Of a stretch of DNA of 64,000 nucleotides, positions 1-13,000 are shown in pieces. The notes beneath the pieces were generated by a model that had not been told where the DNA came from, did not search any database, and saw only the letters and a list, made by a program, of their open reading frames with translations. The translations under genes and the position numbers were made by a program. Source of the DNA: Chiloscyllium plagiosum (Eukaryota); NCBI RefSeq assembly GCF_004010195.1, contig NC_057718.1, forward strand, positions 78,356,935-78,420,934, given 5' to 3'. Position 1 is the stretch's first letter. Every line of letters starts with the position of its first letter.

Positions 1-636
1 TTTGATATTCTGATTTAAACAATAAACAGATGAAATATGGGTAGACTTGTATAAGTGGGGCATTATGTTAGGTTCTGTTAATACTGGAAATAAAACACCG
101 GTTTTAAAGTGGCTTTGGGAGGTTGGAAGAGTGCCAGAAAATGAAATTCAAAGCATAGATCCCTTTTTAATGTTTATAAAACAAAATTGCTTTAGGCATT
201 TGATATTGAATTATGCCTGTATGTTGGTTATTTGGCCTTGAGAAGATGGGCATAGCAACCTAGAAAATGGTTTTTCTGGGGTTCACCATTTTCCTGCAGT
301 ACAGAAGCTAAGGTTAATTATTTGCTACTCCTACCATGCACCCAACTCAACCCATTTAACACCACCATCTATTTTACTGTCTTACTTAAATAAGGAACTG
401 AGTTTGTGTTCTAGGTTTGTAACTAAGTGGATGGTGTATTTACGTAGACACAGGAGATTGCTAAGGTTCTAACACATTCCTCCCATGACTGAACTTTGAC
501 TCTGCCACCATCCCTTCATGCATCTTTCTCCAGAATGTCTGTTCACTTAGGGGCAAGGTCTTTTCTAACAGAGAACAAGTAATGAAGTTAGAAATCACAG
601 AACACCAGGTTATAGTCCAACAGGTTTATTTGAAAG

Positions 637-671
637 CACTAGCTTTCGGAATGCTGCTCCTTCATCAGGTG
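637..671 (-). ncRNA. Minimal hammerhead ribozyme motif, family A
   Basis: Minus strand reads cac-CTGATGA-a-ggagc agc attcc-GAAAGCTA-gtg. Confidence 0.65.
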
Positions 672-1493
672 ATTGTGAAGAATAAGATTGTTAGACACAA
701 TTTATAGCAAAAGTTTCCAGTGTGATGTAACTGAAATTATACAGCGAAAAAGACCCGAATTGGTGAGACCAAATAGACTATGGCAACGGATGAATGGGCA
801 CCGCAGAACAATCAACAGGCAGGAGTGTTCTGAATCGGACAACACTTCAGTGGTCCAGGACATTCGACCTCTGACCTTCAGATGACCTCCGAGACTGACT
901 TCGGGACAGGCAACAATAAAAAGTGGCCGAGCAGAAGCTGATAGCCAAGTTCGGTACCCATTCGGATGGCCTCAACCGGGAGCTATGGTTCATGTCACAC
1001 TACAGGTGACCCCATTGCACTATACACACAAATGGACAGACTGACCCTGCACCCCACCCCCCACAGACTTCAATCCCTTTACACACACTCCCTCTCATAC
1101 GCACTCATAATCCATGTGCACACATTTGTGGGGTGAATTTGTACTTGCAGAATTTTACTTTGCTCAAAAACTGCATGAGCTCATGTAAGATTTTGAAAAT
1201 CCGTTTTTAAGATTAGGTTCAATCTGACCATTGGCACAGACAGCCTCACGGAGTTAACACCTTGAATACCTTATCTGGACTGACTTGACACCAATTGTTA
1301 AAGTGCCCTTGAAAATGTAACTTCTTAAAAAAGTTTTGTGATTTACATATGAAAGAACTGATACCAACATAGTCATTCTAAGAGATGAGAGACTTAACAA
1401 ACAATTTGGTCTTTTATCAATATATAATTTCAGTTATATCACACTGGAAACTTTTGATATAAATTTGTATCTTACAATCTTACTCTCCACAAC

Positions 1494-1528
1494 CACCTGA
1501 TGAAGGAACAGTGCTCCGAAAGCTAGTG
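1494..1528 (+). ncRNA. Minimal hammerhead ribozyme motif, family A
   Basis: cac-CTGATGA-a-ggaac agt gctcc-GAAAGCTA-gtg; stem I cac/gtg, palindromic AGCT in place of helix III. Confidence 0.65.
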
Positions 1529-2546
1529 CTTTCAAATAAACCTGTTGGGCTATAACCTGGTGTTGAGACTTCTAACTTTGTACACCCCAGTCCAACACCA
1601 GCGTCTCCAAATCATTCATGTTATGAGTGGCATTAACAAAAACCTGACTGGATGATGACTCATTCCCTCATGAAGCCTCATATCTTCCATCTGCTGCCCC
1701 ATCAAGACTGATATGATCAGTGTGGGTTTATCACTAGAACATACCTTGGCCTGGCCCCCTATTCCTCTGGCACGACTTGCTTGAGAATCTTTACTTGTTT
1801 TGCCTTCACACTCATTTTATAAAATTCAGCTTTCTCTGTTGCCTTTTCAAGTACATTGAGACTTTTATTTTCACAGTTCCCCTTTTAACTGTGCCAAATG
1901 ATTTCTATGGTTTTAACTTTATCCTAACACCTCTTTCCCCAGTGTTGTTTTGTCCTTCCTCAATCTTTGTCCACAGAAACTCCCCAATCCAAATTCACAG
2001 CCATCTCCTTGATTTATCATCTCTTATCTCGCTCCCATTTTATCCAAGTCAATTTCCTTGTGTATGCTTCCATCCACATCCCAATTATACCTCATTTGTC
2101 TCCCTGGAAAAATCTATCATCTACAACTGCACTTGGAATTTTTCAAACTGTCTAGCCTCTTACCCCCCCCCCCCATTTGCTGTAACATTTCTGCAGTGAC
2201 CGATTTGCTCAACAGCACCCTTACTATCATGGTCTCTATTTGCTCTCATCATGTGATTCCCTCTGATATGGCCATCTGTCAATTGCCTTAAAACAAGGAG
2301 CACAGACTTGACAGGATAGTGGATAACTGCTCCAGCGATTCAAGACCAGATTTGGCTTTAAAATTGCAATAGTCTTGCAATGGCTACTGTTTTCACTTGA
2401 GAGAAACAACTGGTGGTGGTTTATGCTGAGGGTCACCAAGTGAGGGGAGAGATTGCAAGGGAGAGGCCTTTCATGGTAACTTCAGCAAATGTTGGAGTTG
2501 AATCCACACTATTTCTGTTGCACTGCCTCGGACACCAACTATCATA

Positions 2547-2998
2547 GTCATACAGCATGGAAATAGACCCTTTGGTCCCACCAGTCCATATTGACCATGT
2601 TCTCAAACGAAAGTAGTCCCACCTGCCTGCTGTTGGCCCATATCCCTCCAAACCTTTCCTGTTCATGAACTTCGCTATCTGTCTTTTAAACATTGTAACT
2701 ACTTGCATTCCACCACTTTTTCTGACAGTTAAATCCATAGATGAACCACTTTGTTTTCTCTTTTAAATAAAAAGTTGCACCATATCCTTAAATCTTGCTC
2801 CTCTCACCTTAAATCTGCCCATTATTCTGAACTCACTCATCCTAGGGAAAAAATTCTTGTTATTCACCTTATCTATGCCCCACATGATTTTATAAACCTC
2901 AGTAAGGTCGCCCTTCGCAGTCATCCTCTCCTAGTGGAAAAGGTCCCAGCCTTTACAATTTTCTAATCTCTCAACCCTCCAGTCCTGGTAACATCCTG
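2547..2998 (-). mobile_element. CR1/HER1-like LINE 3' fragment
   Basis: Typical 3' end on the minus strand (FKRQIAKFMNRKGLEGYG) plus a tail shared with HE1 SINEs. Confidence 0.6.
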
Positions 2999-3962
2999 CA
3001 ACTGAGCTAAATGGCTTCCATCTAGAGCGTATAAAAGACAGTTGTCCTGCTGTCATCTTCTAAGCTGCTTTAGGAACGTTCCAGAATCTACACTTTTGTT
3101 TACTGCAGGCTGTCTTCATAAATTCCTGTCTCCAGTCTCAGAAGAACATAAGAGCTAGGAGCAGGAATAGCCAGTTCAGCCCCTTTAGCCTGTCCTGTCA
3201 TTCAATATGATCACGGCTGATCTCCTCTCAACCTCAACTCCACTTTTCTCCATAAACCCTTCAACCCGTTGCTAATTAAAAATCTGTCTATCTCATCTAA
3301 GTTATTCAGTGTCCAGGCATCCACCAGGTGTTGAATTCCACACATTCTCAATCTTTTAAGAGAAATCATTTCTTCTCATTTGTTTTAAATTTGTTTAAAA
3401 CTATGATCTCATTCTAGGTTACCCGACAGAACAAACATCTGCCCTGTCTACTTTTGTCAAACACTTCAACATCTTGCATACCTCAATTAGGCTTTCTGTC
3501 CAGTCTTCTAAACTCGAGTACAGGCCTAAACTGCTCAATCTCTTTTCCAAAGATGTCCTCCTCTCTGGAAACAGTCTACTGAACTCATCGGTTGCTGATG
3601 ATGCAACTATACCCCTCTCAAGGGGGCCAAAACTCTGTGCAGTATTCCAGGTGCGGTCTCTCTAATACCTTGTATAGGAGCAGAAACATTTCCCTACTTG
3701 TACATTCTCTTCATTTATAATGCCAAAATTCTATTTGCCTGCCTTTATTACCAGCACCTGCACAATTTTCTCCAATTCATGCGTGAGTACACAGATTGTC
3801 TGCACTGATTTGTACTGAATTTTCTCTCATCTGGTAAGTTGCCTTTCTATTTTTATGTCCAAAATGTACAGCATCACACTTCACGTTAAACTCCGATCAT
3901 CCAAATTTTGGCCTATTCAGCTGACCTACACACATCCATTTGTAAATTCCCTCATTGCAAAG

Positions 3963-4845
3963 GTGGTCGACCCGCAATTTCCCCCCCGACGTGGTCGACC
4001 CGCAATTTCCCCCCCCACATGGTCGACGGTGCCCTCCACCGCATCTCCTCCACTTCCCGCTCCTCCGCCCTTGAGCCCCGCCCCTCCAACCGCCACCAGG
4101 ACAGAACCCCACTGGTCCTCACCTACCACCCCACCAATCTCCATGTACAGCGCATCATCCGCCGTCACTTCCGCCACCTCCAAACAGACCCCAGCACCAA
4201 GGATATATTTCCCTCCCCTCCCCTATCAGCATTCCGTAAAGACCACTCCCTCCGTGAATCCCTCGTCAGATCCACGCCCCCTACCAACCCAACCTCCACT
4301 CCCGGTACCTTCCCCTGCAACCGCAGGAGGTGCAACACTTGCGCCCACACCTCCCCCCTCACTTCTCTCCAAGGCCCCAAAGGAAACTTCCATATCCACC
4401 ACAGATTCACCTGCACCTCCACCCACATCATCTACTGCATCCAATGCAGCCGGTGTGGCCTCCTCTATATTGGGAAGACAGGCCGCCTACTTGCGGAGCG
4501 ATCCAGAGAGCACCTCTGGGCCACCCGGAAGAACCAACCCAACCAACCTGTAGCACAGCATTTCAACTCCCCCATACCCCTACATTTATCCCTTTCCTAA
4601 CACTAGGGGAAATTTAGCATGGTCAATTCACCTAACTNNNNNNNNNNNNNNNNNNNNNNNNTCCTCCATGTCCCTCCTCCCTACCTTTTATCTTCTCCTG
4701 CTGAACACTCTCTGCTCATTCCTGAAGAAGGGCCTGTGCCCGAAACGTCGAATCTCCTGTTCCCTGGATGCTGCCTGACCTGTGCTGTTCCAGCAATAAA
4801 GTTTCAACTTTGATCTCCAGCATCTGCAGACCTCACTTTCTCCCT
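3963..4845 (+). mobile_element. 5'-truncated Penelope-like retroelement (family B): linker, GIY-YIG endonuclease and 3' end with hammerhead; interrupted by an HE1 fragment and a gap
   Basis: ORF 3908-4600 contains PLVLTYHP, CNRRRCNTC and IYCIQCSRCGLLYIGKTGRLLAERSREH. Confidence 0.88.
4718..4753 (+). ncRNA. Minimal hammerhead ribozyme motif, family B
   Basis: attc-CTGAAGA-a-gggc ctgt gccc-GAAACGTC-gaat; perfect stem I and stem II, GUC cleavage triplet. Confidence 0.8.
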
Positions 4846-6599
4846 TCCTTGCATCAACCAGCTGGCATTTGGAGACATATGAAAATGCTATTAGTTTTCA
4901 TATTTATGCTGATAACACTCAGTTTAACCTTACTACCACCTATTTCAACTCCCTCCTGTTAAATTCAGAAACTGCTTATCCAACAAGAAGTGATGGATAA
5001 GTGAAAACACTTTTTCAATTAAATATTGGGGAGACTGTAGCCTTCATTTGTGCTCCCCACTTCAACCTGTATTTGCTAGCTACTGACTTCATCCATTTCT
5101 CTGGGACTGAGATTAAATCTGTCTGTCTGCAACTTTGGTTTCATTTGCCCTCAGTCACCTTCCGACCACATTTGCACCTTAACTAAGCCTGTTTGTTTTT
5201 AATTAACATTGCCTGACTTTGCTTTTCTGGGTGATCAGCTGCTGAAGCCCTGATCTCTGTTTTCTTGAGTCTTGAATATTCTAGTGTGCTGCTGACTGCT
5301 TTCTCATATTCTATCCTCTGTAATTTTGATGGTATCTAAAACTCTGCCACTTCCATCTGAAATGCTGAATTTGTTAAATCACCTAAGACCTTGAACTCAT
5401 TAATATATTGGCTCTAGATCAAGCAAGTCTTGATTATTAAATTTCAAATTCTTGGTGTCAAAGCTCTGTGGCTTTGCCCCTCCATATCTCTGTAAATCCT
5501 ATCGGCTTTCACAAACCTCAAACATCTGACCTGCTTTAATCAGTCTCTTAAATATCTTTCCAGTGTAATTGCTCTGCTATTGGTAGTTGCACCTTTTAGT
5601 TGTCTAGGACCTAAGCTCAAGATTGCAGTCTCTGCATCATCTCTTTCCTTCTTTAAAACACTCCTTTTTAAAACAACTTCTGACCACTTTTACTCTTCTA
5701 GCCAAATTTTATATCTCTCAAATATTGTTTAGTGCTTAAATGTTTCTCCTTTGTCTGTGGCCAGAACTGGATGCACTTGTCAACTAGTGAAGTGATTTCC
5801 CCACTCATTCTGTTTTGGTTCTACAGTTCAGTGTGTCATTTGTTTTGCTGCTCGACATTTAATTTATTCTCTTCAACTTCACCCTTTACAGTCTCAGCAT
5901 AATGAGGTGTTTTCTGTAAATTACAACAAAGAAAATTTAGCATTTTTACACATGTAAACTTAAATTGAGAGAAGTATGCTACTCAGCCATTCACATCTAC
6001 TCCATTGTACTATTATATTAGGGCTGATCTGGTATACTTCACATTCCCATCAACCTACAATAACACCTAATCAAGAAACTACCTACCTCTGCCTTAAAAA
6101 TATTTGACTCTTCTACCTGTGAAGTTGGTGGAAGCAGGTTCCAAAGGTGCTCAACCTCTGAGAGAAAGAACTTCTCTCTGCCTTAAATAGGTGACCTGTT
6201 GTTTTTAATCACTGACCCTTAGTTCAAAATTCTTGTACAATCTCTCACCAATGATCTGTATATTTGAAGCATGACCTCACTTTTGTATTCAATTCCCCTT
6301 GCAATAGATGTCACTCTCATTAACTTCATTACTTGCTGTATTACTTAACTAACCATTTGTAATTCATACAGTAGGACGTACAGATCTCTATCTCCACTCT
6401 GCAGTCTCCCCCATTTTGATAATGTGCTGCTTTTTCACTTATCCTGCTCAAGTAAGCAATTTCACCTTTTCCTTTGCCAGATCTGTTCGCTTGCTTAGCC
6501 TATCTGTATGCTTTTACAAAAAATTGGATGCTGAAGATCTGAAGCAAAAACAAATTGCTGGAGAAATTTAGCATATGATTTGCTTCCTTGTGTCCTTCA

Positions 6600-6917
6600 C
6601 AGAATCATAGAATCCCTGCAGTGTAGAAGTAAGACATTCAGCCCTTGTATTCACACCAACCCTTCAAAGAGCATCCAACTCAGACCCACCACCCTATTTT
6701 TGTAACCCTACCTTTCCTATGGTTAATCCACCTAGCCTGCACATCCCTAGATGCTAAGCAATTTACATGGCCAATCCACCTAACCTGTGCATTGTTAGAC
6801 TTGGGCAGGAAACCAACGTATAGAGAATGTGTAGACAGCTGCCAGATGGTGGAGTCGAACCCTGACCTCTGGTGCTGAGAGATAGCAGTGCTAATGAATG
6901 AGCTGCTGTGTTGCCTT
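6600..6917 (-). mobile_element. Diverged HE1-like SINE
   Basis: Similar to the cleaner copies at 38257-38564 and 63095-63388. Confidence 0.65.
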
Positions 6918-8188
6918 GTCACAACCTAACTTTCATACCTATCATTATATTATCAGCAAATTTAGCAACCAAACCATATCTTTGGTTCCTTCATCATAGT
7001 CGCTGGAGCAATTGAATTTAAAAAAAAAAGGCCCCAGCACTCTTCCAATGGTGTGTTACTCATTGTCTTGCCAACTAGAAAATGACCCATTTATGACTGA
7101 CCAGCTAACAGGACAGGAAAAGCATTTTTTATCTATGCTGGTATGCTACCCCTGCACCACGATCTGTTATTTGGTGATGTGACACTATATAGAGTGCATT
7201 CGAGAAAGATGATCGTGTTCTTTCATCCAGAGAAAGTTGCATCGAAGACATGAAATTAGTTAAATGTGATTTCCCTTTCACAATGACGATGTTGACCCTG
7301 CCTGAGTATCTTGAACTTATTCAAGTACCCTGCTTCAAAGTCTTTGATCAAAGGGAAAATGTTATAAGATATTATTAATGTTAAGCTAAATAGCTGTAGT
7401 TTCTTGCTTTTTGTCTCGAACCTTTCTAAATAAAGGAGTTATACTAAATATTTTCCATTCTGGTGGAATCTTCTCCAAATTTAAGGAATTCTGGAAAATT
7501 TAAATGAATGCTCAACTATCTCTCCAGTTAATTTAAAGATACTAGCATGAAGTCCATCAGGAACCAAGGACTTAACCCACTTAACCTTGCTCAGTATGAT
7601 TGTAATTTTGAGTTTCTCCCTCCACTTTCTATTACCTAATAACCCTTTTTTTAAAAGTTTTATCTGATATTATCTGCTCACTTATATATTTCCCACTTTG
7701 CTGTAATCCCTGACTCAGTTCCTTAGATTTTGCTGCGTCTTCTAGTTTTGGTATCATCCTCAGTTTTAATCAGTCAGCTTTCTGCTTTTGAATCTGTCAT
7801 TCATGTAAATTACAATGTAACTGACCCAGCATCAATTATAAGGACAGAATACCATGCTGCCATTTTTCTTTACTCACCCATGTAAATGCTGTCAAATTCA
7901 CTGCCTTTTACCCTTCAGATTTTTTTGTCTATACCTATGATTTACCCTGCATTCCCTTGTGCTTAGATTTTTGGATAATAGTATGGAACATTGTCAAATG
8001 CACCAGAAGGTTGAGGGACACAGCAAGGGTTTTCCACAGCTTAGTTCAGGCATTACTTTCTCAGAGGTTAACCATTCTGATGTACAAGGTTAAAGTTAGA
8101 GATTCCAATTGAGAAATTATTTTTGCTGCATTGTTACCTGCATTTTGGTTTTTTATCAAAAAAAATAACCAAACTCTGATTTCTTAAG

Positions 8189-8410
8189 GTGAAAACTGTC
8201 AAATTAAGGACCCAAAATTTGGTTATGTGATTGATCTGCGACCACTTGCTAATGAGGATCAGAAAGTGACAGTTGATGAATACACCTATCACTTCAGAGT
8301 ATGTGACTATTTGAGAAACCCTGACTGTGGTAGCTCTTCACAAGACGAGGAAAATGCAGTTTCAGCATGTCAGACAAAGCCACATGATGACTCTTTCAAG
8401 AAGATTGCAG
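8189..8410 (+). CDS. IGF2R: IGF2R exon (~human exon 27), domain 9 N-half: ENCQIKDPKFGYVIDLRPLAN...YHFRVCDY...VSACQTK...KKIAG
   Basis: ttcttaag| acceptor, G|gtgtgt donor, 222 bp, phase 1-1. Confidence 0.93.
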
Positions 8411-8599
8411 GTGTGTTGTCTTTTTCAATATGAAGTTCTAAAAATAAGAACTTTTTTCCTTAGGAAGTCTGTCTTTTCTCAACCCATGCAATGATTTGGT
8501 TAAACAAATGGGGCTAGCAATGTATTTTCAAATCTTTTCGTTTCAGCAGTGTTTGTGGGAATACCACCTTGAGATGGTGCAAAGAGCTCGTGTTCTGAC

Positions 8600-8872
8600 T
8601 TAGAATCCCTACAGTGTGGAAACAGGCCCTTCAGCCCAACAGGTCTATTCTGACCCTCTGAATCGTAACTCACCCAGACCCATTCCCTAACATAGTAATG
8701 TACATTTACATTTACCCCTGACTAATGCAACTAACCTGCACATCTTTGGATTATGGTAGGAAACTGGAGTACCCAGAGGAAACCCATGCAGACACAATGT
8801 GCAAACTCCACACAGACAATCATCTGGGTCCCTTGTGCTGTCCATGAGGCAGCAGTACTAACCACTGAGCCA
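8600..8872 (-). mobile_element. Diverged HE1-like SINE
   Basis: Contains acagtgtggaaacaggccctt...gcagtactaaccactgagcca blocks. Confidence 0.7.
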
Positions 8873-8979
8873 TCTAGCGTCACTAATGTAATGGAAGAAA
8901 ATAGCATTGTTGAGTGTGCAAGTAATGGGGGACTCCAAGTAAGTTGTGGTTCTGTTAGCTTGAGCTGGGAATTTGTGTT

Positions 8980-9019
8980 GCAGACGTTTCGTCCCCTGTC
9001 TAGGTGACATCCTCAGTGC
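8980..9019 (-). ncRNA. Minimal hammerhead ribozyme motif, family C
   Basis: Minus strand reads gca-CTGAGGA-t-gtcacct agac aggggac-GAAACGTC-tgc. Confidence 0.75.
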
Positions 9020-9266
9020 TTGGGAGCCGCCTGTGATGTGCTTCTGCGATCTTTCCTCCGGCATTTATAGTGGTTTGTCTCTGCCGCTTCCGTTGTCCGT
9101 TCCAGCTGTCCGCTGCAGTGGTCGGTATATTGGGTCCAGGTCGATGTGCTTATTGATTGAATCTGTGGATGAGTGCTATGCCTCTAGGAATTCCCTGGCT
9201 GTTCTCTGTTTGGCTTGGTGGTGCTGGAAGAGCACAGCAGTTCAGGCAGCATCCAGGGAGCAGCGA

Positions 9267-9303
9267 AATCGACGTTTCGGGCAAAAAGCCCTTCATCAGG
9301 AAT
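9267..9303 (-). ncRNA. Minimal hammerhead ribozyme motif, family B
   Basis: Minus strand reads attc-CTGATGA-a-gggc ttttt gccc-GAAACGTC-gatt. Confidence 0.72.
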
Positions 9304-10046
9304 AAAGGCAGAGAGCCTGAAGCGTGGAGAGATAAGCTGGTGGGGGTGGGGAGAAAGTAGCATAGAGTACAATAGGTGAGTGGGGGAGGGGATGAAGGTG
9401 ATAGGTCAGGGTGGAGAGGATAGGTGGAAAAGGAGATAGGCAGGTAGGACATGTCATGGGGACAGTGCTGAGCTGGAAGTTTGGAACTAGGGTGAGGTGG
9501 GGGAAGGGGAAATGAGGAAACTGTTGAAGTCCACATTGATGCCCTGGGGTTGAAGTGTTCTGAGGCGGAAGATGAGCCTCCTCCCTCACCTCTATCCAAG
9601 GCCCTAAAGGAGCCTTCCACATTCATCAAAGTTTTACCTGCACATCCACCAATATCATTTATTGTATCCATTGCTCCTAGCAGAGCGCTTTAGGGAACAT
9701 CTCCGGGACACCCGCACCAATCAACCACGCCGCCCTGTGGCCCAACATTTCAACTCCCCCTCCCACTCTGCCGAGGACATGGAGGTCCTGGGCCTCCTTC
9801 ACCATCGCTCCCTCACCACCAGACGCCTGGAGGAAGAACGCCTCATCTTCCCCAAACAGAGAACAGCCAGGGAATTCCTAGAGGCATGGCACTCATTCAC
9901 AGATTCAATTAATAAGCACATCGACCTGGACCCAATATACCGACCACTGCAACGGACAGCTGGAACTGACAACCGGAAGTGACAGAGACAAACCACTATA
10001 AATGCCGGAGGAAACACTGCAGAAGCGCTTCACAGGAGGCTCCCAA

Positions 10047-10086
10047 GCACTGAGGATGTTACCTAGACAGGGGACGAAACGTCTGC
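10047..10086 (+). ncRNA. Minimal hammerhead ribozyme motif, family C
   Basis: gca-CTGAGGA-t-gttacct agac aggggac-GAAACGTC-tgc. Confidence 0.75.
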
Positions 10087-13000
10087 AACACACATTCCCA
10101 GCTCGGTGAACAGAACCACAACAATGAGCACCCGAGCTACAAATCTTCTCTTAAACTTTGAACTCCATGTAAGGCATGTAGAGTCCAGGTTGGATGGAGG
10201 GCCAGTGGCTGTAGAGGGCCTCTCGACCCTAACTCTAGCCCCTGGTTTTGGCTTGTGAGCCCCTACAACTGGTGCCTTTGCCTCACTCACTCATCCCATG
10301 CTTCGCAGCCATGTTTTAGTCAGTATAGTAGTTGTTTCCTTTGTTGAGAGAAAACAGGTGGCAGCATAACTTTGTTTAAACAGTGAGTACTTGAACAAGC
10401 CAGTGTTTTTTTTGTGTGGATTTTTAAGAAGTTGCAATGGTCCTGAAATGTCTCCATACCAGTTTCACAGCAGAAGAGGAAAGTCATACAGGACTCAAGA
10501 CCAAAGCAATAATTGTTTAGAGGGATCTTGAAGATTGCCTAATAATGAAAATTGTGTGCTGATAATTATCCCTCATTTCATCTTTTACAAGGACCATGTT
10601 CTTGGCAATGCCAAAAATCTCTAAACAATGTTGAGGTTTTTGAGAGCATTTTGGTTGAAGCTGTGAATTCATTGAGCACTCAAGATCAAATTTTATCAAT
10701 ATGGAGAATCACAACTGATTACTATGGTGTTCACCCATATTATCTGAATTCAGATTTGCATTCATATGCAGTCATGAAGTCCAAAGTCAGTAAACTGAAA
10801 TAAGTGTAGATTTTTTTAGAGTTACCATAAAGCATAATTCATGAGTTGAATGTAACTATAGATTAGAATAAGCAAGGACATTTACTTTGAAAATCTAAGG
10901 AGATTAGTTGGATTACAACAATTGAGGTAGTTGCTGTTCATTTCCCCTACATATCTCTGCCTTTTAAATACACACAAGAAACATTGGCAAAGAGAGAAAG
11001 ACTTGTACATTTGGTCTATTACATTCAGCTGATTTTCAACTGGGCAAATTTATTCCGTTTTTCCACCAGGTAGAGAAGCAAGCCCTCTGCCAACTTGTGC
11101 AAGTGAAATAAAGATATTTTCTCTGTCCTCTGAAAGCAATCAAATGTGAATTCCAGGTATTGGTGATGACCATAAAATCATTGTTTTAAATGCCTTCACT
11201 TGGAACTTGTCTATAAACACAACTTGTGTTTACACAGTGATTCTAATAACGAAATATCCCAGGACTCCACAGAATTCTAAAATATTTTACATGCAATGCA
11301 AAATATTATGAAGGGCAGGAAACCCCAAAGACTTGGCCAAAGAGGTTAACTTTGAAGGGCATCATCTTGGAGAGTGAGGAAAAATTGGACTTATTCAAGG
11401 GAATCTGGAACTAGGAACTGGGAAAGCTGAAAGTACGGCCATTAATGGTAGAAGGGTAATAGTTGTGGCTGGGTCACGTGTCAGAGTAAAGATTGCAGAG
11501 ATCTCGAGGTTAAGGAAGAATGTGAATTCCAAAATAAGTATTGGATCTAGAGACCGTTATGGTTTAATGTATATAGCAGTGAATTGTGAATCAAACAGCA
11601 TGAGTTAGGGTTCAGACAGAAGTTTTAGGTGCGCTGCTACGAAGGGTGCTAAGCAAGAAGCTGTACCCGCTTCATGCGCTAACAGTGTATTCTAAAGGTC
11701 AGTAATCTGGGAATTATACACATGTCTGACATTTGATGACTTAAGTAACATGCGCATTCTAATGCAAGGTTATCTGCTCAACAGTTTCTCATCAGAGCTG
11801 CTGCTCAATGTTTGGAGTATCAGTACATTCTGATATACTCTAATAGCAAGCATAAGAGTCCTTGACACATTTGGATTAGCATGAAGCTTGTACCTGACCA
11901 GGTGCAGGAATGTTTTCTTTTGGTTTCTTTAACAGTTCTGTAGATGAAAAGCAAATTTAGAATTTTGGTGTTTACAGCACAGAAGATGGTAATTCAAGCA
12001 ATCCATCTGTTCCCACACTACGCCCCACAAACCTTTTCCTTCCATTAATTTACCTAATTCCCTTTAAATGGTGTTATTGAATCTGCCTCTATCACGCTGT
12101 CATAAAGTGCTATTTTGGATCCTAACCACTTGCTGTGACTTTTTAAAAAGTTTTTCCTCGTGTCACAATTGCTTCTCATGTCTCAATAGCTTCTAGTGCC
12201 AATTGCCATAAATTGGTATCCTTCGTCTTCTCAGTCCTTTTGCCAAAAGATGTATTTCTTTGTGTAGTCCGCCAAATAGCCTTAGACCAACTAACCGTAT
12301 AACTGGCTTTAGGGATGACTAATGTCATCCTCTTGTGTCTCTGGACTGTCTCTAATGCCTTAGTGTACTTTCCAAATGGTTGTCTCGTCGTCATAATCCA
12401 GTTTAGGTTTAATCACTGTTTAGACAGGTTTATTGTACCACCTTTACTTTTGAAATCTACATGCTTATTTATAAAACCCAGGATCCCATATGCTTTAGCT
12501 ACTTTGTTTACTGCAGTTTTGAAATTGTGCCCTTACACCTTCAAGTCTAAGTCACATCTTAATATTAAGCAAAGCAGGGGACTGTTTCCTGTAACTCAAC
12601 TAATTCTGTCTCTGTTGCTATTATACTTTTATTCTATTGAGTAAAATGTTACAGTCCAGCTAGTATAACTAGCTGGGCTATTCAACTCAATAGAATAAAA
12701 TGCCTTTTTGGAAATCCGTCTGTACCTAATCCACTATATTGCCCTCCAGGCCTTTGCTTAATCAAGAAACTCGGTGAATTAAAAATTTGCACAAATCAGT
12801 ACAGGCTTTCCTTAAACCTGCATTTGCCCAGTTGCTTGTTAATTTTGCACTGGATTTATTATTGGTATAAATTTTTCTCATCTGTTCACCAATCCCCTGT
12901 TATGACCCCTCAATTGAAAGAAGATTTGAAGATAATGGTCGGTGTTTCCTCAACTTTCTTCCCTTAAATTCCTCAAATATCCCATCCAGTCCTGATTTTT

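Larger units (their letters stand above)
585..1615. mobile_element. Penelope-like element remnant (family A) with inverted terminal arms and degenerate GIY-YIG endonuclease fragment
   Basis: 585-741 is the reverse complement of ~1423-1578. An internal LWQRMNGHRRTINRQE segment resembles the GIY-YIG region. Each arm carries a hammerhead motif. Confidence 0.75.
8943..10160. mobile_element. Nested Penelope-like composite: family C inverted arms enclosing a 5'-inverted family B fragment
   Basis: ~8943-9213 is the reverse complement of ~9852-10123 (encodes KQRTAREFLEAWHS...INKHIDLDPIY). The interior is family B 3' end (- strand, 9218-9576) followed by family B GIY-YIG (+ strand, 9577-9851). Confidence 0.8.

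Noticed and set aside
3855..4617. Pro/Ser/Thr-rich and Gly-rich overlapping ORFs
   Set aside because: Shadow frames of the C-rich Penelope ORF; only the GIY-YIG frame (3908-4600) has recognisable motifs
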